DNA of 64,000 bases from positions 4,383 to 68,382 of the IMG/VR virus record IMGVR_UViG_3300031555_000867, one strand, 5' to 3'. The notes beneath the pieces were generated by a model. It was given only the letters and a program-made list of their open reading frames with translations. It did not search any database and was not told the DNA's origin. Shown piece by piece: positions 17,827 to 28,042 of this stretch (position 1 is its first letter; every line of letters starts with the position of its first letter). This DNA is from a virus. Lineage: Duplodnaviria; Caudoviricetes. The translations under genes and the position numbers were made by a program.

Positions 17827-18333
17827 CTATCTGATGTTGAACTCGCTTACTGTGCCTTCTTCTTCAGTGATGTCTGCTACTTCACTTCCGTTCAGGATTA
17901 CTGTGATACTGCCAGCTTCACCTTCGATTTCGTAACCTCTGCGTTCAAGCATCCCTTTCACACACTTAACAGTTGCGTATGTCTCCTTGCCGTACTGGAT
18001 TGCGAACCATCTGATTGCTGCGAGTACCGGGTCTGCACATCCTTCTTCTTCCATCATTTTCATTACAGTGCTGAAATTCTTTCTCTTGGAATCATCGGCT
18101 TTCTTTTCCACCTTTGCTTCAGGTTCTTCTGCCGGTTTCAAACGAGCAACTTCCTTGCGGATTTCTTCGATTGCGTTGCTAATCTGAGTGACTGTCTTGT
18201 CTGCCCAATTACCTGCATCTGTTGCCATACACTTGATTGCGGAATCGAGAACTTCTACCATTTCTCCGTAATTTCTTGTGTTTCTGCCTTCTCTTACTTC
18301 CTTAGCGATTTTCTTGATTTCATTTGCGTTCAT
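17827..18333 (-). CDS. hypothetical protein
   Basis: Start trimmed to ATG 18333 (GGAGG RBS); the longer ORF overlaps promoter copy 3. Confidence 0.65.
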   Translation of the reverse strand: MNANEIKKIAKEVREGRNTRNYGEMVEVLDSAIKCMATDAGNWADKTVTQISNAIEEIRKEVARLKPAEEPEAKVEKKADDSKRKNFSTVMKMMEEEGCADPVLAAIRWFAIQYGKETYATVKCVKGMLERRGYEIEGEAGSITVILNGSEVADITEEEGTVSEFNIR

Positions 18334-18370
18334 CCTACTACCTCCTATGACTGGTTCGGTTGTTTCAATC

Positions 18371-18481
18371 AACCGAATGGTTGTTTTGTTCTTATCTTTA
18401 CTATACAATACCGGCACCTAAAGTCAATTATTTTTTCGGATAAATTCAAATATTTTTCTTCAAAATAAACGATAGCGTTTA
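18371..18481 (-). promoter_or_regulatory. repeated promoter/operator module, copy 3
   Basis: -35 TTGACT (18427-18422), 16 nt, -10 TATAGT (18405-18400); AACCGAATGGTT 18371-18382; AAACGATAGCGTTT at 18467. Confidence 0.8.
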
Positions 18482-18901
18482 CAAAACATCTGTTACTTCT
18501 ATTTTAGGAAGAGGTCGGTCAGAGAACTGCATCGGCTCCCTTGCATCCACGCACCAGTCATCCTTGGCTCCACGGTCAATCCACTGCTGATGTCTAATCA
18601 CCTGCCAAATATCTTCAGCAACAAGCATCCTTTTGGTTTTCTTCCTAAGTCCATCACAAAGGATTCGTGACACACTTTCGAATATCTCCTTAATGCAATC
18701 TCTCGTGTTGATATATCTGTCGAACACCTTGCTATGCACCACCGGATTATCTCGGCAAAAATCAACATTCTGAGAGGACAAATCGTTTGCCAAATCCGAC
18801 CACTGCCCCATACGGATTCTGAAGTATTCTTCCAAGGCTTCATTCACAACCGATAACTGCTCTTCGTCCAGTTCCAATTTATACTTCTTCATTACCATCA
18901 T
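18479..18901 (-). CDS. hypothetical protein
   Basis: ORF track. Confidence 0.65.
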   Translation of the reverse strand: MMVMKKYKLELDEEQLSVVNEALEEYFRIRMGQWSDLANDLSSQNVDFCRDNPVVHSKVFDRYINTRDCIKEIFESVSRILCDGLRKKTKRMLVAEDIWQVIRHQQWIDRGAKDDWCVDAREPMQFSDRPLPKIEVTDVL

Positions 18902-19091
18902 TTCCTTTCATTAAGTTTTCTTCCAGTTCCTTGCTCTTCTTCCCGGCTGCATACATGAACAACATTATGAATGCTGCTATCAATATCCAACCGATTACAA
19001 CTAATGCAATCACAATTCCCATATCATATTCCTCCACAATGACTGTGTATGCTTTTTTTCGAATGCCTAAGGTAATTTTGGTTCATTGGCA

Positions 19092-19328
19092 TTACTGAAA
19101 AACGCACCTAAACTTTTTGCATTTCACTATGTACTCTTGCAATGCAATTTCTATCAGGTGCAGGATCTGTTCATCTGTCATCCAGTCCTGCATATACCAT
19201 CTTCTTACTGAGTAACAAATAATTTCATACTCGGCATTGCTTATCAAACATCCTCTTTCTTCTGCATCTGCACGGATTTTATCCGCTTCATGCCGGATGT
19301 CATGCCATCTTCCATTTCTTTCTGCCAT
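19092..19328 (-). CDS. hypothetical protein
   Basis: ORF track. Confidence 0.55.
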   Translation of the reverse strand: MAERNGRWHDIRHEADKIRADAEERGCLISNAEYEIICYSVRRWYMQDWMTDEQILHLIEIALQEYIVKCKKFRCVFQ

Positions 19329-19533
19329 GGTACACCAACCTTTTTATCCCTTCCAAAACCACACAAGTCAATATAAGCACCATCGGAAATACGAACATCT
19401 CCCCTCCAAGTGCTTCATATCCTCGTTGAGCAAATGCCGCTCTTACGGCCAGATTGTGTGCAAATGCCGCCACACAGAAACTGAAACATACATTAAATAC
19501 ATCAAACAACTTCATTCCATCCACCTCTTTCAC
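19300..19533 (-). CDS. small membrane protein
   Basis: Two hydrophobic segments. Confidence 0.55.
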   Translation of the reverse strand: MKEVDGMKLFDVFNVCFSFCVAAFAHNLAVRAAFAQRGYEALGGEMFVFPMVLILTCVVLEGIKRLVYHGRKKWKMA

Positions 19534-19781
19534 GCTCTTACAATAGTCTTGGTTACATACAGTTCAATAAGCCATTCTTCCAAGTCTTTTCTTTCATCTC
19601 GGTCCATGCAACAAGACTTCTCATAATCGAAGCTCCATTTACCCATGACATTCTTTTTGAACAGAACTGTTACAACTCCTGCATGGCAATCAGTTCTGTA
19701 ATATACCGAAGCATATCTGACACCTGATACAAAGGTGTTGAAATTCTGCATTCTGATTTCTTTTATCACTTTCATCATCAA
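19530..19781 (-). CDS. hypothetical protein
   Basis: ORF track. Confidence 0.55.
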   Translation of the reverse strand: MMMKVIKEIRMQNFNTFVSGVRYASVYYRTDCHAGVVTVLFKKNVMGKWSFDYEKSCCMDRDERKDLEEWLIELYVTKTIVRA

Positions 19782-19787
19782 TTCCTC

Positions 19788-20774
19788 CTAAGCCGATTTC
19801 TTCGCAGGTTCCTCGATGCTTTTCACTGCATCTTTCCATGCGGACCGGCACATTCCATAAACACTCTTTATCGAATATCCATCTCCACCGTCAGGTAACG
19901 CAGAACGGATAAACTTAATCGGCAGCTCCACATCTTTTTCCAGTTCGATTTCAAAGCAACTGCCACCGCCGCTCCAAGGGTCATACAATCCGGCTTCTGC
20001 ATTCTTGCTGATTGTCACCGTTCCGCAATCAGGATTCTCTCTGCTGTCATAATGAACACCGTCCACCGACTGCAACTCTACCAATTCATTCAGCTTCATC
20101 AATCTCTCAACATCCATTTCTACGAGGAATGTCAGTACATTCATGTGTGATGCTTCATTCGCAACTTCCACTCGGACAGACTCCAAAAAGCCGTTCGGGT
20201 TCGACATATCTCCTTCGGCTAATGCTTCAGCCAATCTTTCCTTGCTATATCCCTGCGTGGATGCCAACCATACGATACTTGCTTCATCATCAATCGGATT
20301 TTCAAGTCTGCCATCGTATGCCGGATATACATGGTTGCAAACATAATCGTAATTGCCATCGCCGGTATCTACCATGATGTTCACACATACACGCTGCTTC
20401 AGATAATGTTCGACCGGAACTTTGAATACGATCAGCTCATCTATAATTTCTCCAACCGCTTCCTTTTCCGCTTCACTGAGTCCTTCAGGATAATTTTCTT
20501 CATCATCTTCTAAGTAGTCCATTATCTCACTGGTTAAATCTGCTCTACATTTCCATTCTTCGTCATCATACCAACTCGCTATCTGTCCAACTAATTTCGT
20601 ATATGGAGTTTCACCTTCGTCCAAATCTTCCATGCATTCCTTGACAGTACTATCAGAAATCGTATCTCGATAATCTGCATAAAATTCGTACTCCAAAGTG
20701 CCGTCTTCCAGTTCTGTTAAATGCGGGTACTCCTGTGCCAATTTCTCCTTAATTATCTCTCTTAATTTCTCCAT
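19788..20774 (-). CDS. hypothetical acidic protein
   Basis: 328-aa ORF. Confidence 0.75.
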   Translation of the reverse strand: MEKLREIIKEKLAQEYPHLTELEDGTLEYEFYADYRDTISDSTVKECMEDLDEGETPYTKLVGQIASWYDDEEWKCRADLTSEIMDYLEDDEENYPEGLSEAEKEAVGEIIDELIVFKVPVEHYLKQRVCVNIMVDTGDGNYDYVCNHVYPAYDGRLENPIDDEASIVWLASTQGYSKERLAEALAEGDMSNPNGFLESVRVEVANEASHMNVLTFLVEMDVERLMKLNELVELQSVDGVHYDSRENPDCGTVTISKNAEAGLYDPWSGGGSCFEIELEKDVELPIKFIRSALPDGGDGYSIKSVYGMCRSAWKDAVKSIEEPAKKSA

Positions 20775-20788
20775 TTTTCATCAGCCTC

Positions 20789-21466
20789 CTAATCAAATTC
20801 TGTGCCACATACCGGGCAATTCTCTATGTCTTCGCCTTGGATGTCGTAGAACTTCTTGCATTTTCTGCAGAATGCCCACTCTCCATTGCGAACCCAATCT
20901 TCCTGAAGCGACTCCGGATGTTGCCAGTCGCAACTGCCAAATAATTCATCTGCAAATTCTTTCTGCCCACAGCACATATCCAAGAAATCTTTTGCCGTAT
21001 ATGCTGCATCTGTCAGTTCCGGCACATAACACACTTCGTCTGGCCGGTTCTTGTAGGCATCCTCATTCTTGTAGATATTGCCCTGCCCATAGAATCTGCG
21101 ATAAATCACCGCTTCTTTATCATCTGTCTCCGGTTCATACTCACCAACCTTGAGATAGATTTCGTTATCTCTCAAAATCAGGTTGTGTTCCTGTCCAACA
21201 AATTCACATTCGCCCTCGGCAATCTCACAACGCTCATCTGTCTTGATGTAGAAACTCTTGAAATCGATGTTGGCTACGGTCAATCCTGCTTCAAGCACAT
21301 CTCCGTAACATTCCGTTTCTTCTTCCCAATATCTGTCATAAAACTTACTGAGTACCTTGACAGCATCATCCACTTCTTTTTCATTCACTATCAGGAACAA
21401 CGCATCTATCCAATCATTGAGTTCTGAGCAAACTCGGATGTACTGTCTTCCTATCTTCTCTACCAT
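20789..21466 (-). CDS. hypothetical protein with C-terminal Zn ribbon
   Basis: CRKC...CPVCG. Confidence 0.7.
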   Translation of the reverse strand: MVEKIGRQYIRVCSELNDWIDALFLIVNEKEVDDAVKVLSKFYDRYWEEETECYGDVLEAGLTVANIDFKSFYIKTDERCEIAEGECEFVGQEHNLILRDNEIYLKVGEYEPETDDKEAVIYRRFYGQGNIYKNEDAYKNRPDEVCYVPELTDAAYTAKDFLDMCCGQKEFADELFGSCDWQHPESLQEDWVRNGEWAFCRKCKKFYDIQGEDIENCPVCGTEFD

Positions 21467-21646
21467 ACACTCTTCCTTTCTCTGCCAATCCCAAAATTCA
21501 AATCAACCAACTGGCAATCATTTCTTTCAAAAACACCGCCTAATTTGCCCTATTTTGCCATTTTGATTGCCCTGTGGTAATTTGTGTGCCGGAGCAATTT
21601 TGACAGGAATACGAGGATTTAGGCGGTTTTTGCACCCATTCCTAGC

Positions 21647-21994
21647 CTATACTATATTGAGATTATCTTCTGCTTTCTTAACCAGTTCGCTCTCTTTCAC
21701 ATAGAACTTGGTTTCGAGGACCTTACCGTCCTTTTCTCTTGTCACGATAGCATCCAGTTCGTACATATACTCCTCTTCTGAAGCGATAGTTTTCACCTTT
21801 GCTACCTTTGCCTTGAAGTCGATTGCGGTCACACCGAATATTCTTCTGCTTCTATCAGAAACATAAAAGGATTCGCCCACCTCGTACTTTGGTACGGCTG
21901 TGTTTCTCCAAATCAGATGCTTCAGGGTTTCTTTTCCTTTGAAGTCCGGGTCTGCGACCAGTTCATTCAAAACCTTTAACTGCCGTTCTGTCAT
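21647..21994 (-). CDS. hypothetical protein
   Basis: First ORF after promoter copy 4. Confidence 0.65.
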   Translation of the reverse strand: MTERQLKVLNELVADPDFKGKETLKHLIWRNTAVPKYEVGESFYVSDRSRRIFGVTAIDFKAKVAKVKTIASEEEYMYELDAIVTREKDGKVLETKFYVKESELVKKAEDNLNIV

Positions 21995-22023
21995 ATCGAC
22001 ACCTCGCTCTCTATAATCAAATC

Positions 22024-22134
22024 AACCAAGTGGTTAATTTGTTCGTAACTTAACTATACAATATCTACCGTCTAAGTCAAGTGTAATTACGGATAATTTC
22101 AAATTTATTTTCATTTCATAAACAGTTTCGTGTA
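22024..22134 (-). promoter_or_regulatory. repeated promoter/operator module, copy 4
   Basis: -35 TTGACT (22080-22075), 16 nt, -10 TATAGT (22058-22053); AACCAAGTGGTT 22024-22035; ATAAAC box at 22120. Confidence 0.8.
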
Positions 22135-22135
22135 T

Positions 22136-22173
22136 AAACAAAAAGAGAGCGGAAAGGTTTATCCTCTCCGCTC
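22136..22173 (-). terminator. intrinsic terminator
   Basis: GAGCGGA...TCCGCTC stem plus a T-run on the minus strand, after the dUTPase gene. Confidence 0.75.
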
Positions 22174-22192
22174 ATGCCCATATCTTATTCGA

Positions 22193-22984
22193 TTACTTGT
22201 TTCCGGTGCTTCCCCATCCACCTCTATCAGGATTGCCGAGCGACTCTACCGGTACGAACTCCGGCATAACCTCTTTCTTACACAATCTGAACTGGCAGAT
22301 TCTTGTGCCTTTCGGAATTGTCGTATCACGGATAGCAACCGCAGGAAATCCCCATACATCGTTATCTCCGCAGTATGTATTCTCGATGATACCTACTGAG
22401 TTCGCCATGATGATGCCCCAATTCTTGCAGGTAGAACTTCTCGGTACAACCTGAGCATAATAGCCTTCCGGCAGTTCCATTGCATATCCAAGCGAGATAA
22501 TCTTGAAATCTAACGGTCCGAGCGTTACATCCTCTGCCGTATACAAATCCACCCATTCTCCATGAGATACCGGCATTTCATTTCCGTGCAAATTGATTCT
22601 TACTACTTCTGTTTTCATTTCCTTTTCTTCCTCCAACCAATTCTTAAATCCTTTTACCTTATCTACCAATGCTTTTGCATTTCCATCAAAACAGATTGCT
22701 CTGTCATCGATGTAAACTATTGCCGGTGGCTTCTCTTTCATAACTCGGTCTACTACAATGCCATTCTTATCAAGGTACTGCTTTACGGCCAAGATGCCAC
22801 ATTCTTCAGCACATCTCGTTGATACCACTACTACTTCATATCCATCTGCTCTCAATTCTGCAATGGTATCTCCGATTCCGTCTACTGGCGGGTCAGGTAT
22901 TACATCAATCCCTTTCCAACCACTCTTGTAACTATGGATTACTCCATCAAAATCAAATACTACTGTCTTCATGTCTATCTCCAT
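22193..22984 (-). CDS. dut: HAD-like phosphatase fused to trimeric dUTPase
   Basis: N-terminal VVFDFDG...YIDD; C-terminal [24 protein letters not shown] dUTPase motifs. Confidence 0.85.
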   Translation of the reverse strand: MEIDMKTVVFDFDGVIHSYKSGWKGIDVIPDPPVDGIGDTIAELRADGYEVVVVSTRCAEECGILAVKQYLDKNGIVVDRVMKEKPPAIVYIDDRAICFDGNAKALVDKVKGFKNWLEEEKEMKTEVVRINLHGNEMPVSHGEWVDLYTAEDVTLGPLDFKIISLGYAMELPEGYYAQVVPRSSTCKNWGIIMANSVGIIENTYCGDNDVWGFPAVAIRDTTIPKGTRICQFRLCKKEVMPEFVPVESLGNPDRGGWGSTGNK

Positions 22985-23169
22985 TCTGTTTAATCAGGAA
23001 CTTCTACAGGAAATGCCATTTCGCCACTTACCAGTTCCACACCATCAAATTCCACGATAATTCTATCGTGCGGACAACCATTCTTGTGCAGCCATTCCAC
23101 TGCCGGTCTGAGTGCCTTTTCGAACTCTTCCAAATTTCTTGTCTTTTCCATTGCGTATTCCTCTCTTTC

Positions 23170-23415
23170 TCAGTAATTCAATTCGATTGTCACCTTTGGG
23201 TTGTAGACATTGTTTTCCTCGTTACAGATACCATCATAAGATACTGTATCGTTAAATTCTGCAGTCACTGTTACATCCTGCTCATCCTTTTCGTTTTCAC
23301 GATCAAAATGTGCAGTAACATCAGCATCAAATATTGCCTTCACTCGAAATTCTACCGGTGTATTTGCCTTGAATCTCGACAAATGCTGAATCAGTTCGTA
23401 TACCGTCATGCCCAT
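23170..23415 (-). CDS. hypothetical protein
   Basis: ORF track. Confidence 0.6.
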   Translation of the reverse strand: MGMTVYELIQHLSRFKANTPVEFRVKAIFDADVTAHFDRENEKDEQDVTVTAEFNDTVSYDGICNEENNVYNPKVTIELNY

Positions 23416-23463
23416 ATTTCATCACCTCGCTCTCTATGTGACCGACATAAATGTCGGGAACAT

Positions 23464-23856
23464 CTAATCTTCTAACACCAATTCGTCATCATCAGCCTTT
23501 TCCTCTTTCGGTTTCGCTCTCCACTCTGAGAAATCTATGGCCTGTAGGCAGGTGCTGCATCCGTTCAACTGCGGGTGGATGCCACCGCCACGAAGATGGT
23601 CTGTTTCATAAACACCAACAATGAATCTTCCGCAGGACGGACAGTACATATACAACAACCGTCCATAATTATGTGTCCGGGGAACTTCCTTTGTGGTTTC
23701 AATTCTCGGCCTTACCGGAATCTGTTTCGATATGGCATTTCTAATGGCAAGCCACCACGATTTGCCACCTCTTCTTCCCTGCGGTTTCTGTTCATCCCAT
23801 GCTTTGAGAACATCCTCATAATTAACTACCATTTTGCACCTCGTCTTTCCAATCAC
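23464..23856 (-). CDS. hypothetical Zn-ribbon protein
   Basis: AISKQIP..P...CPSCG...CSTC. Confidence 0.6.
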   Translation of the reverse strand: MIGKTRCKMVVNYEDVLKAWDEQKPQGRRGGKSWWLAIRNAISKQIPVRPRIETTKEVPRTHNYGRLLYMYCPSCGRFIVGVYETDHLRGGGIHPQLNGCSTCLQAIDFSEWRAKPKEEKADDDELVLED

Positions 23857-24007
23857 CGTATGTTATTTCCCTGCTAACAACTTTCCAGTGCGTAGGGTCC
23901 GGTCTTTTCAATCGATACGCTTCTGCTTCTTCATGTGTTGCGAACTGTTTCGGGAAAACCTTGTTTGTCGCTACTGCAGCTATAGCAAATTCAGTTTTTC
24001 TTTCCAT
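23822..24007 (-). CDS. hypothetical protein
   Basis: ORF track. Confidence 0.5.
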   Translation of the reverse strand: MERKTEFAIAAVATNKVFPKQFATHEEAEAYRLKRPDPTHWKVVSREITYGDWKDEVQNGS

Positions 24008-24028
24008 ACACTCTCACCTCACAAATGG

Positions 24029-24217
24029 CTATTTTACATTCCATTTAATCTTAGTCTCCAAGCACTTCTTACAGCTATTATTCTTATCCAAGAAACAAGT
24101 CTTTGCTGTTCTTGGGAACAAGCATGGAATAGGCATAACTTCCAATGTTTCGATTATCTTTTTCTTTTCCGTCTTATTACAGGTAATTTCAATCATTCGT
24201 CCGCACCTCTTTCCCAC
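24029..24217 (-). CDS. hypothetical protein
   Basis: ORF track. Confidence 0.5.
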   Translation of the reverse strand: MGKRCGRMIEITCNKTEKKKIIETLEVMPIPCLFPRTAKTCFLDKNNSCKKCLETKIKWNVK

Positions 24218-24450
24218 AACTTAATACATCGCTCCTCACAGAGCGTTCCCAAAATACTCGACTTTTCGCCCAAATACTTCTCATGTTTCTCCCGCTCTTC
24301 GATGTCTCGGATGTCATATCCACGCTCGTACATCTCCTCGGTCTGACTGCCTAAGGAATCGTATACCGCATCGTAGTATGCCTTTTCGAGTTCCTCGTCT
24401 GTCAGGGATGCTGCCCATTTCACAATGGCATTCTTTTCTGCTTTATTCAT
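24193..24450 (-). CDS. hypothetical protein
   Basis: ORF track. Confidence 0.6.
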   Translation of the reverse strand: MNKAEKNAIVKWAASLTDEELEKAYYDAVYDSLGSQTEEMYERGYDIRDIEEREKHEKYLGEKSSILGTLCEERCIKLWERGADE

Positions 24451-24453
24451 AGG

Positions 24454-24840
24454 CTACTCCTCTCTGTGCATATTTCTTATCTGCTCAAGTGTTGCCAAAT
24501 GCTCTTTCCACCGCTTCGCAGCCTTACATTCACTACCACAGTAATCTTTTCTTCGGCAGAACTCGCATCGTCCACTCCATAACCACTGGTCTTTGTAACT
24601 GACTTCTTCAGTGTCTCCATCCCAATTCTCCAACTGTACATCAAATCCGCATTCCTGCAATCTTACAGTCGAATACTGGTAGTCATGTCCGTAAAATGTA
24701 TGAGTGCTGAGGTACTCAAAGAAATCCTTATCTGTTTTACTCCGGATGTGACCGTTGCAATGTTCCAAGTCAATCTCCAAGTAATACTCATCATTTTCTA
24801 ATCCGACCAATTCTTCCCACGATTTAATCAACTTTGCCAC
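24454..24840 (-). CDS. hypothetical protein
   Basis: ORF track. Confidence 0.65.
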   Translation of the reverse strand: MAKLIKSWEELVGLENDEYYLEIDLEHCNGHIRSKTDKDFFEYLSTHTFYGHDYQYSTVRLQECGFDVQLENWDGDTEEVSYKDQWLWSGRCEFCRRKDYCGSECKAAKRWKEHLATLEQIRNMHREE

Positions 24841-24851
24841 TTCGTCACCAC

Positions 24852-25061
24852 CTATCTATTACCTATGAGCAACATCTCCACTACCGCTTCGCATATCTGC
24901 TCATTCGTTCCATCTACCATTGCCGCCAGTTCCTTGTATGTATCAGTATCTACATCTTCAAGTCGAGGATCAGTGCATAAACATAAATCCTCATACGGCT
25001 CCGCACAGTAATCAATCAACGGACATTCTCCGCAATGTTGGTCCAACTGTCCTACTTTCAT
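24852..25061 (-). CDS. hypothetical Cys-rich protein
   Basis: CGECPLIDYC...CLC. Confidence 0.55.
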   Translation of the reverse strand: MKVGQLDQHCGECPLIDYCAEPYEDLCLCTDPRLEDVDTDTYKELAAMVDGTNEQICEAVVEMLLIGNR

Positions 25062-25235
25062 AACCGGCTTTCCTACCTTTCTTTCGTTTTTCCTGAATGA
25101 ACATTCCGTAATCTCTCGGAGAAATCACGGTACATTTTTCTCTGTGTGCCATGCAGTAACCATTGCGGCCACGCTTCTTATTCTGTTCTTTCGTATACTG
25201 AGTTGAAATATCCATTCCCATATTGCCTCCTATCT

Positions 25236-25694
25236 CTACTTGCCGAAGTACAACCACCACTTGCTAACACGGGCATTTATCTTCGCTTCTTTCAATTCCT
25301 TCAGCTTCGCATTATTCGACTGATATGTAGCAATCTGTGTCTGCACTAATTCATCCGCTTTCAGTTCCGGATATAGACTTACCATTGCAATCGAACTGTC
25401 AGCTTGCAATTCCTCAAAGGTTCCACTCTCATACTCCATGTACTCACTGACAATCAAATCAATCTGATTTTCGATTTTCTGATTCTCCTCAGTGTACATA
25501 GCGATTTTCTCATCGATAACCATTGATGCACTGAAATCATAAGCTACAATCACAAAAGCAATTATCGTAATTGCAGCACCAACGGCCGTGCATAACTGTA
25601 TGATGAATCTGAAAAAGCCATGGTCGTAATCGTCAATAAATACTGATGCCAAAATGAACAATGCTACAAAAATTACAAATAACAAAATTAACAT
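25236..25694 (-). CDS. membrane protein
   Basis: Two N-terminal transmembrane segments, then a coiled coil. Confidence 0.7.
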   Translation of the reverse strand: MLILLFVIFVALFILASVFIDDYDHGFFRFIIQLCTAVGAAITIIAFVIVAYDFSASMVIDEKIAMYTEENQKIENQIDLIVSEYMEYESGTFEELQADSSIAMVSLYPELKADELVQTQIATYQSNNAKLKELKEAKINARVSKWWLYFGK

Positions 25695-25708
25695 ATCTTC
25701 ACCACCTC

Positions 25709-25930
25709 CTAGTATTCAGTTCTGTTTACCAATGCAATCGTTGGAACAATCAATCTTTTACCTTCATATCCTGCTGTTCCTTCCATGCCCCAAGTAACTT
25801 CAATAGGTTCCGAAAATGCACACACTTCCTTGTTGTAGGCAGCCATATAATTCGCAACACCTATGAGTGCTTCTCGAAAACTATTCGCATCTTTGATATC
25901 ATCTCTACTCATTACTCTCTGCCTCCTCAT
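25709..25930 (-). CDS. hypothetical protein
   Basis: ORF track. Confidence 0.5.
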   Translation of the reverse strand: MRRQRVMSRDDIKDANSFREALIGVANYMAAYNKEVCAFSEPIEVTWGMEGTAGYEGKRLIVPTIALVNRTEY

Positions 25931-26234
25931 TTCCTAAATACTTTCTTAAAATTCGTTCAACCTTATCAGCAAATCTTGCTGATGTTACTGTTGGATGTCC
26001 TGCCAGTGCATTCATAACAAGTTCTATTTCGCTTTCAGACATTTCTTCATCTCGCACTATGTCCACATCCTCAATCCACACACGGACTTCTTCGTCCGTA
26101 TCATAACCTTCTTCCTTTAATTCATCATCTTTGGAACTTCTCGCTCTGTAGCCGTCATCATCACTTTCATAAACTCCGATGATTTCAGGTTCTTCTGCTC
26201 TATCCTTCCAGTCTGTGTATACGACCTTTGCCAT
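25905..26234 (-). CDS. hypothetical acidic protein
   Basis: ORF track. Confidence 0.6.
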   Translation of the reverse strand: MAKVVYTDWKDRAEEPEIIGVYESDDDGYRARSSKDDELKEEGYDTDEEVRVWIEDVDIVRDEEMSESEIELVMNALAGHPTVTSARFADKVERILRKYLGNEEAESNE

Positions 26235-26255
26235 ATCTGCTCCTTCCTACGCTCC

Positions 26256-26669
26256 TTAAATCAATTTGCCATTACAATGGTCTACTTCATGCTGTATGAT
26301 TTCAGCCGTCAATCCATGGAATGTGGACTTATGGCTCTTGAAATTCGCATCTGTCCATAAAAGCATAATGCTCTGATGTCGCTTAACTTCTCTTGTTCCA
26401 TCCAAAGACAAGCAGCCTTCCTCAGCTATGTAGGTTGATTTGCTTTTCTGCATGATTACCGGGTTGATAAACGGAATGTATTTATCATCCATTTTTACAA
26501 CGATAATTCTCTTGTCATAGCCAATCTGATTTGCTGTCAGTCCAAGGCATCTATCATTATTTGCTATTGCCGTATCAAGCAAATCCTCGACAATGTGTGA
26601 ATCTGCTTTTGTCGCACTCTTTAACGGTTTCATCAGAAACTCTGTGTCTTTTACAATCTCCTTTACCAT
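26256..26669 (-). CDS. def: peptide deformylase
   Basis: GLTANQIG, EGCLS and QHEVDH motifs. Confidence 0.92.
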   Translation of the reverse strand: MVKEIVKDTEFLMKPLKSATKADSHIVEDLLDTAIANNDRCLGLTANQIGYDKRIIVVKMDDKYIPFINPVIMQKSKSTYIAEEGCLSLDGTREVKRHQSIMLLWTDANFKSHKSTFHGLTAEIIQHEVDHCNGKLI

Positions 26670-26871
26670 TCCTTTACACCTCCGGTTTGTTCAATCTATT
26701 GTCTGCCTTTATTTCAGGCATACGCACTTCCGATGCATTCGTTACATCAAAAATCCCAATCACCCAACTCGCACCTTCAGGCTTATTGCTCTTCGTGGTA
26801 ATGCTGATTACTTCCACATCATCGTCACACACAACTGTAATTTCTCTTGCCATTTCCTTTTCCTCCGTTTC

Positions 26872-27126
26872 TTATTTGCTCTGCTCAAATTCCTTGAGTA
26901 ATTCTTCTGCGTTAATCTCCCAATAATCTTCGGTGAAACCGCAATCTGAGAAGATTTTGTTTTCGTCCGTATCGATTGTACAAGCCGCATACTTATCGTT
27001 TGTCAACAACCATTCGATAAAATCCCTTGCTCCTCGGAAGTAATCATTCTGTCTTCCCTGCGACCAATGCTTCACACCTTTGTTTCGGCCAATTCCGTCA
27101 CCCAATGCCATCTTCTTCACCTCCAC
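26872..27126 (-). CDS. hypothetical protein
   Basis: ORF track. Confidence 0.55.
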   Translation of the reverse strand: MEVKKMALGDGIGRNKGVKHWSQGRQNDYFRGARDFIEWLLTNDKYAACTIDTDENKIFSDCGFTEDYWEINAEELLKEFEQSK

Positions 27127-27482
27127 TAACTAAACGGCTGAAATTCTCTTGCTAATTTATTGAGACATTCATTGCATAACGAGAAAGAAACAATGTTATC
27201 TCCTTTGTGACTTCCTTTGTCACGGTTGATATGTATTTTTCTTGTCGCCTTTCCTTTTTCACAACATGAAATACATCCATCTTCACTCTTTGTTACTTCT
27301 AACATTCGATATCCTCCATTTCTGGTATGGTTCCTATGAACTCGCAGAACTCATCGTACTCATCATCTCTTACGAATTGTTCAATCATGCTTTCGCCATC
27401 AATCCACTGTGTAACCATAAATCCATCTCTGTCATTGAATACGGTTTTTTTCGCCGTAAATCCATTTTTCATCAGGCACCTC

Positions 27483-27749
27483 CTAAATTGTCATATAGTC
27501 AATTCCTTTGTGTCTGCCTATCTTGAAGTGCTTTTCGTAATAATCAATGGACATAAACAAGTACTTATCACCATTCTTGTGTTCGATTTCGATAGGCATA
27601 AACCGTTGATTCACTCTTTTGATTTCTTGCTCATGCTCTGCGATATGTTCCTTCGACCAAGCATAAGCATCTCTGACATTAAATGCCCGACTTACATAAA
27701 CCATTTCTGCTCCTCTCAACTGTTTCTTCCAGTTCCACATACTCATCAA
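27483..27749 (-). CDS. hypothetical protein
   Basis: ORF track. Confidence 0.55.
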   Translation of the reverse strand: MMSMWNWKKQLRGAEMVYVSRAFNVRDAYAWSKEHIAEHEQEIKRVNQRFMPIEIEHKNGDKYLFMSIDYYEKHFKIGRHKGIDYMTI

Positions 27750-27850
27750 TCAGGTCCAACACAAAATCTAAGTTCTTCTGTTGGATGCCACCTTCGAGGT
27801 GTGCATCTAAATATTCTGTTACGACCGTATCATCGCCGCCGGTTCCATAT

Positions 27851-28036
27851 CTATGCGTTTCCTTCATCCGGCACCCACTCTCTTTTATGCCGGTCATAGT
27901 GCATGAACGCTCGGCAGGTATGCCCATCTCTGTCGATAACTAACGTACATTCCTTGCAATGAACCAATCCATCCTTATCTTTCGCACTATATTTCCGACA
28001 AATCTTAGCCTGTTCCTTTGTCAGCATCAGCCTCAC
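27851..28036 (-). CDS. hypothetical Cys-rich protein
   Basis: ORF track. Confidence 0.55.
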   Translation of the reverse strand: MRLMLTKEQAKICRKYSAKDKDGLVHCKECTLVIDRDGHTCRAFMHYDRHKREWVPDEGNA

Positions 28037-28042
28037 CTCCGA

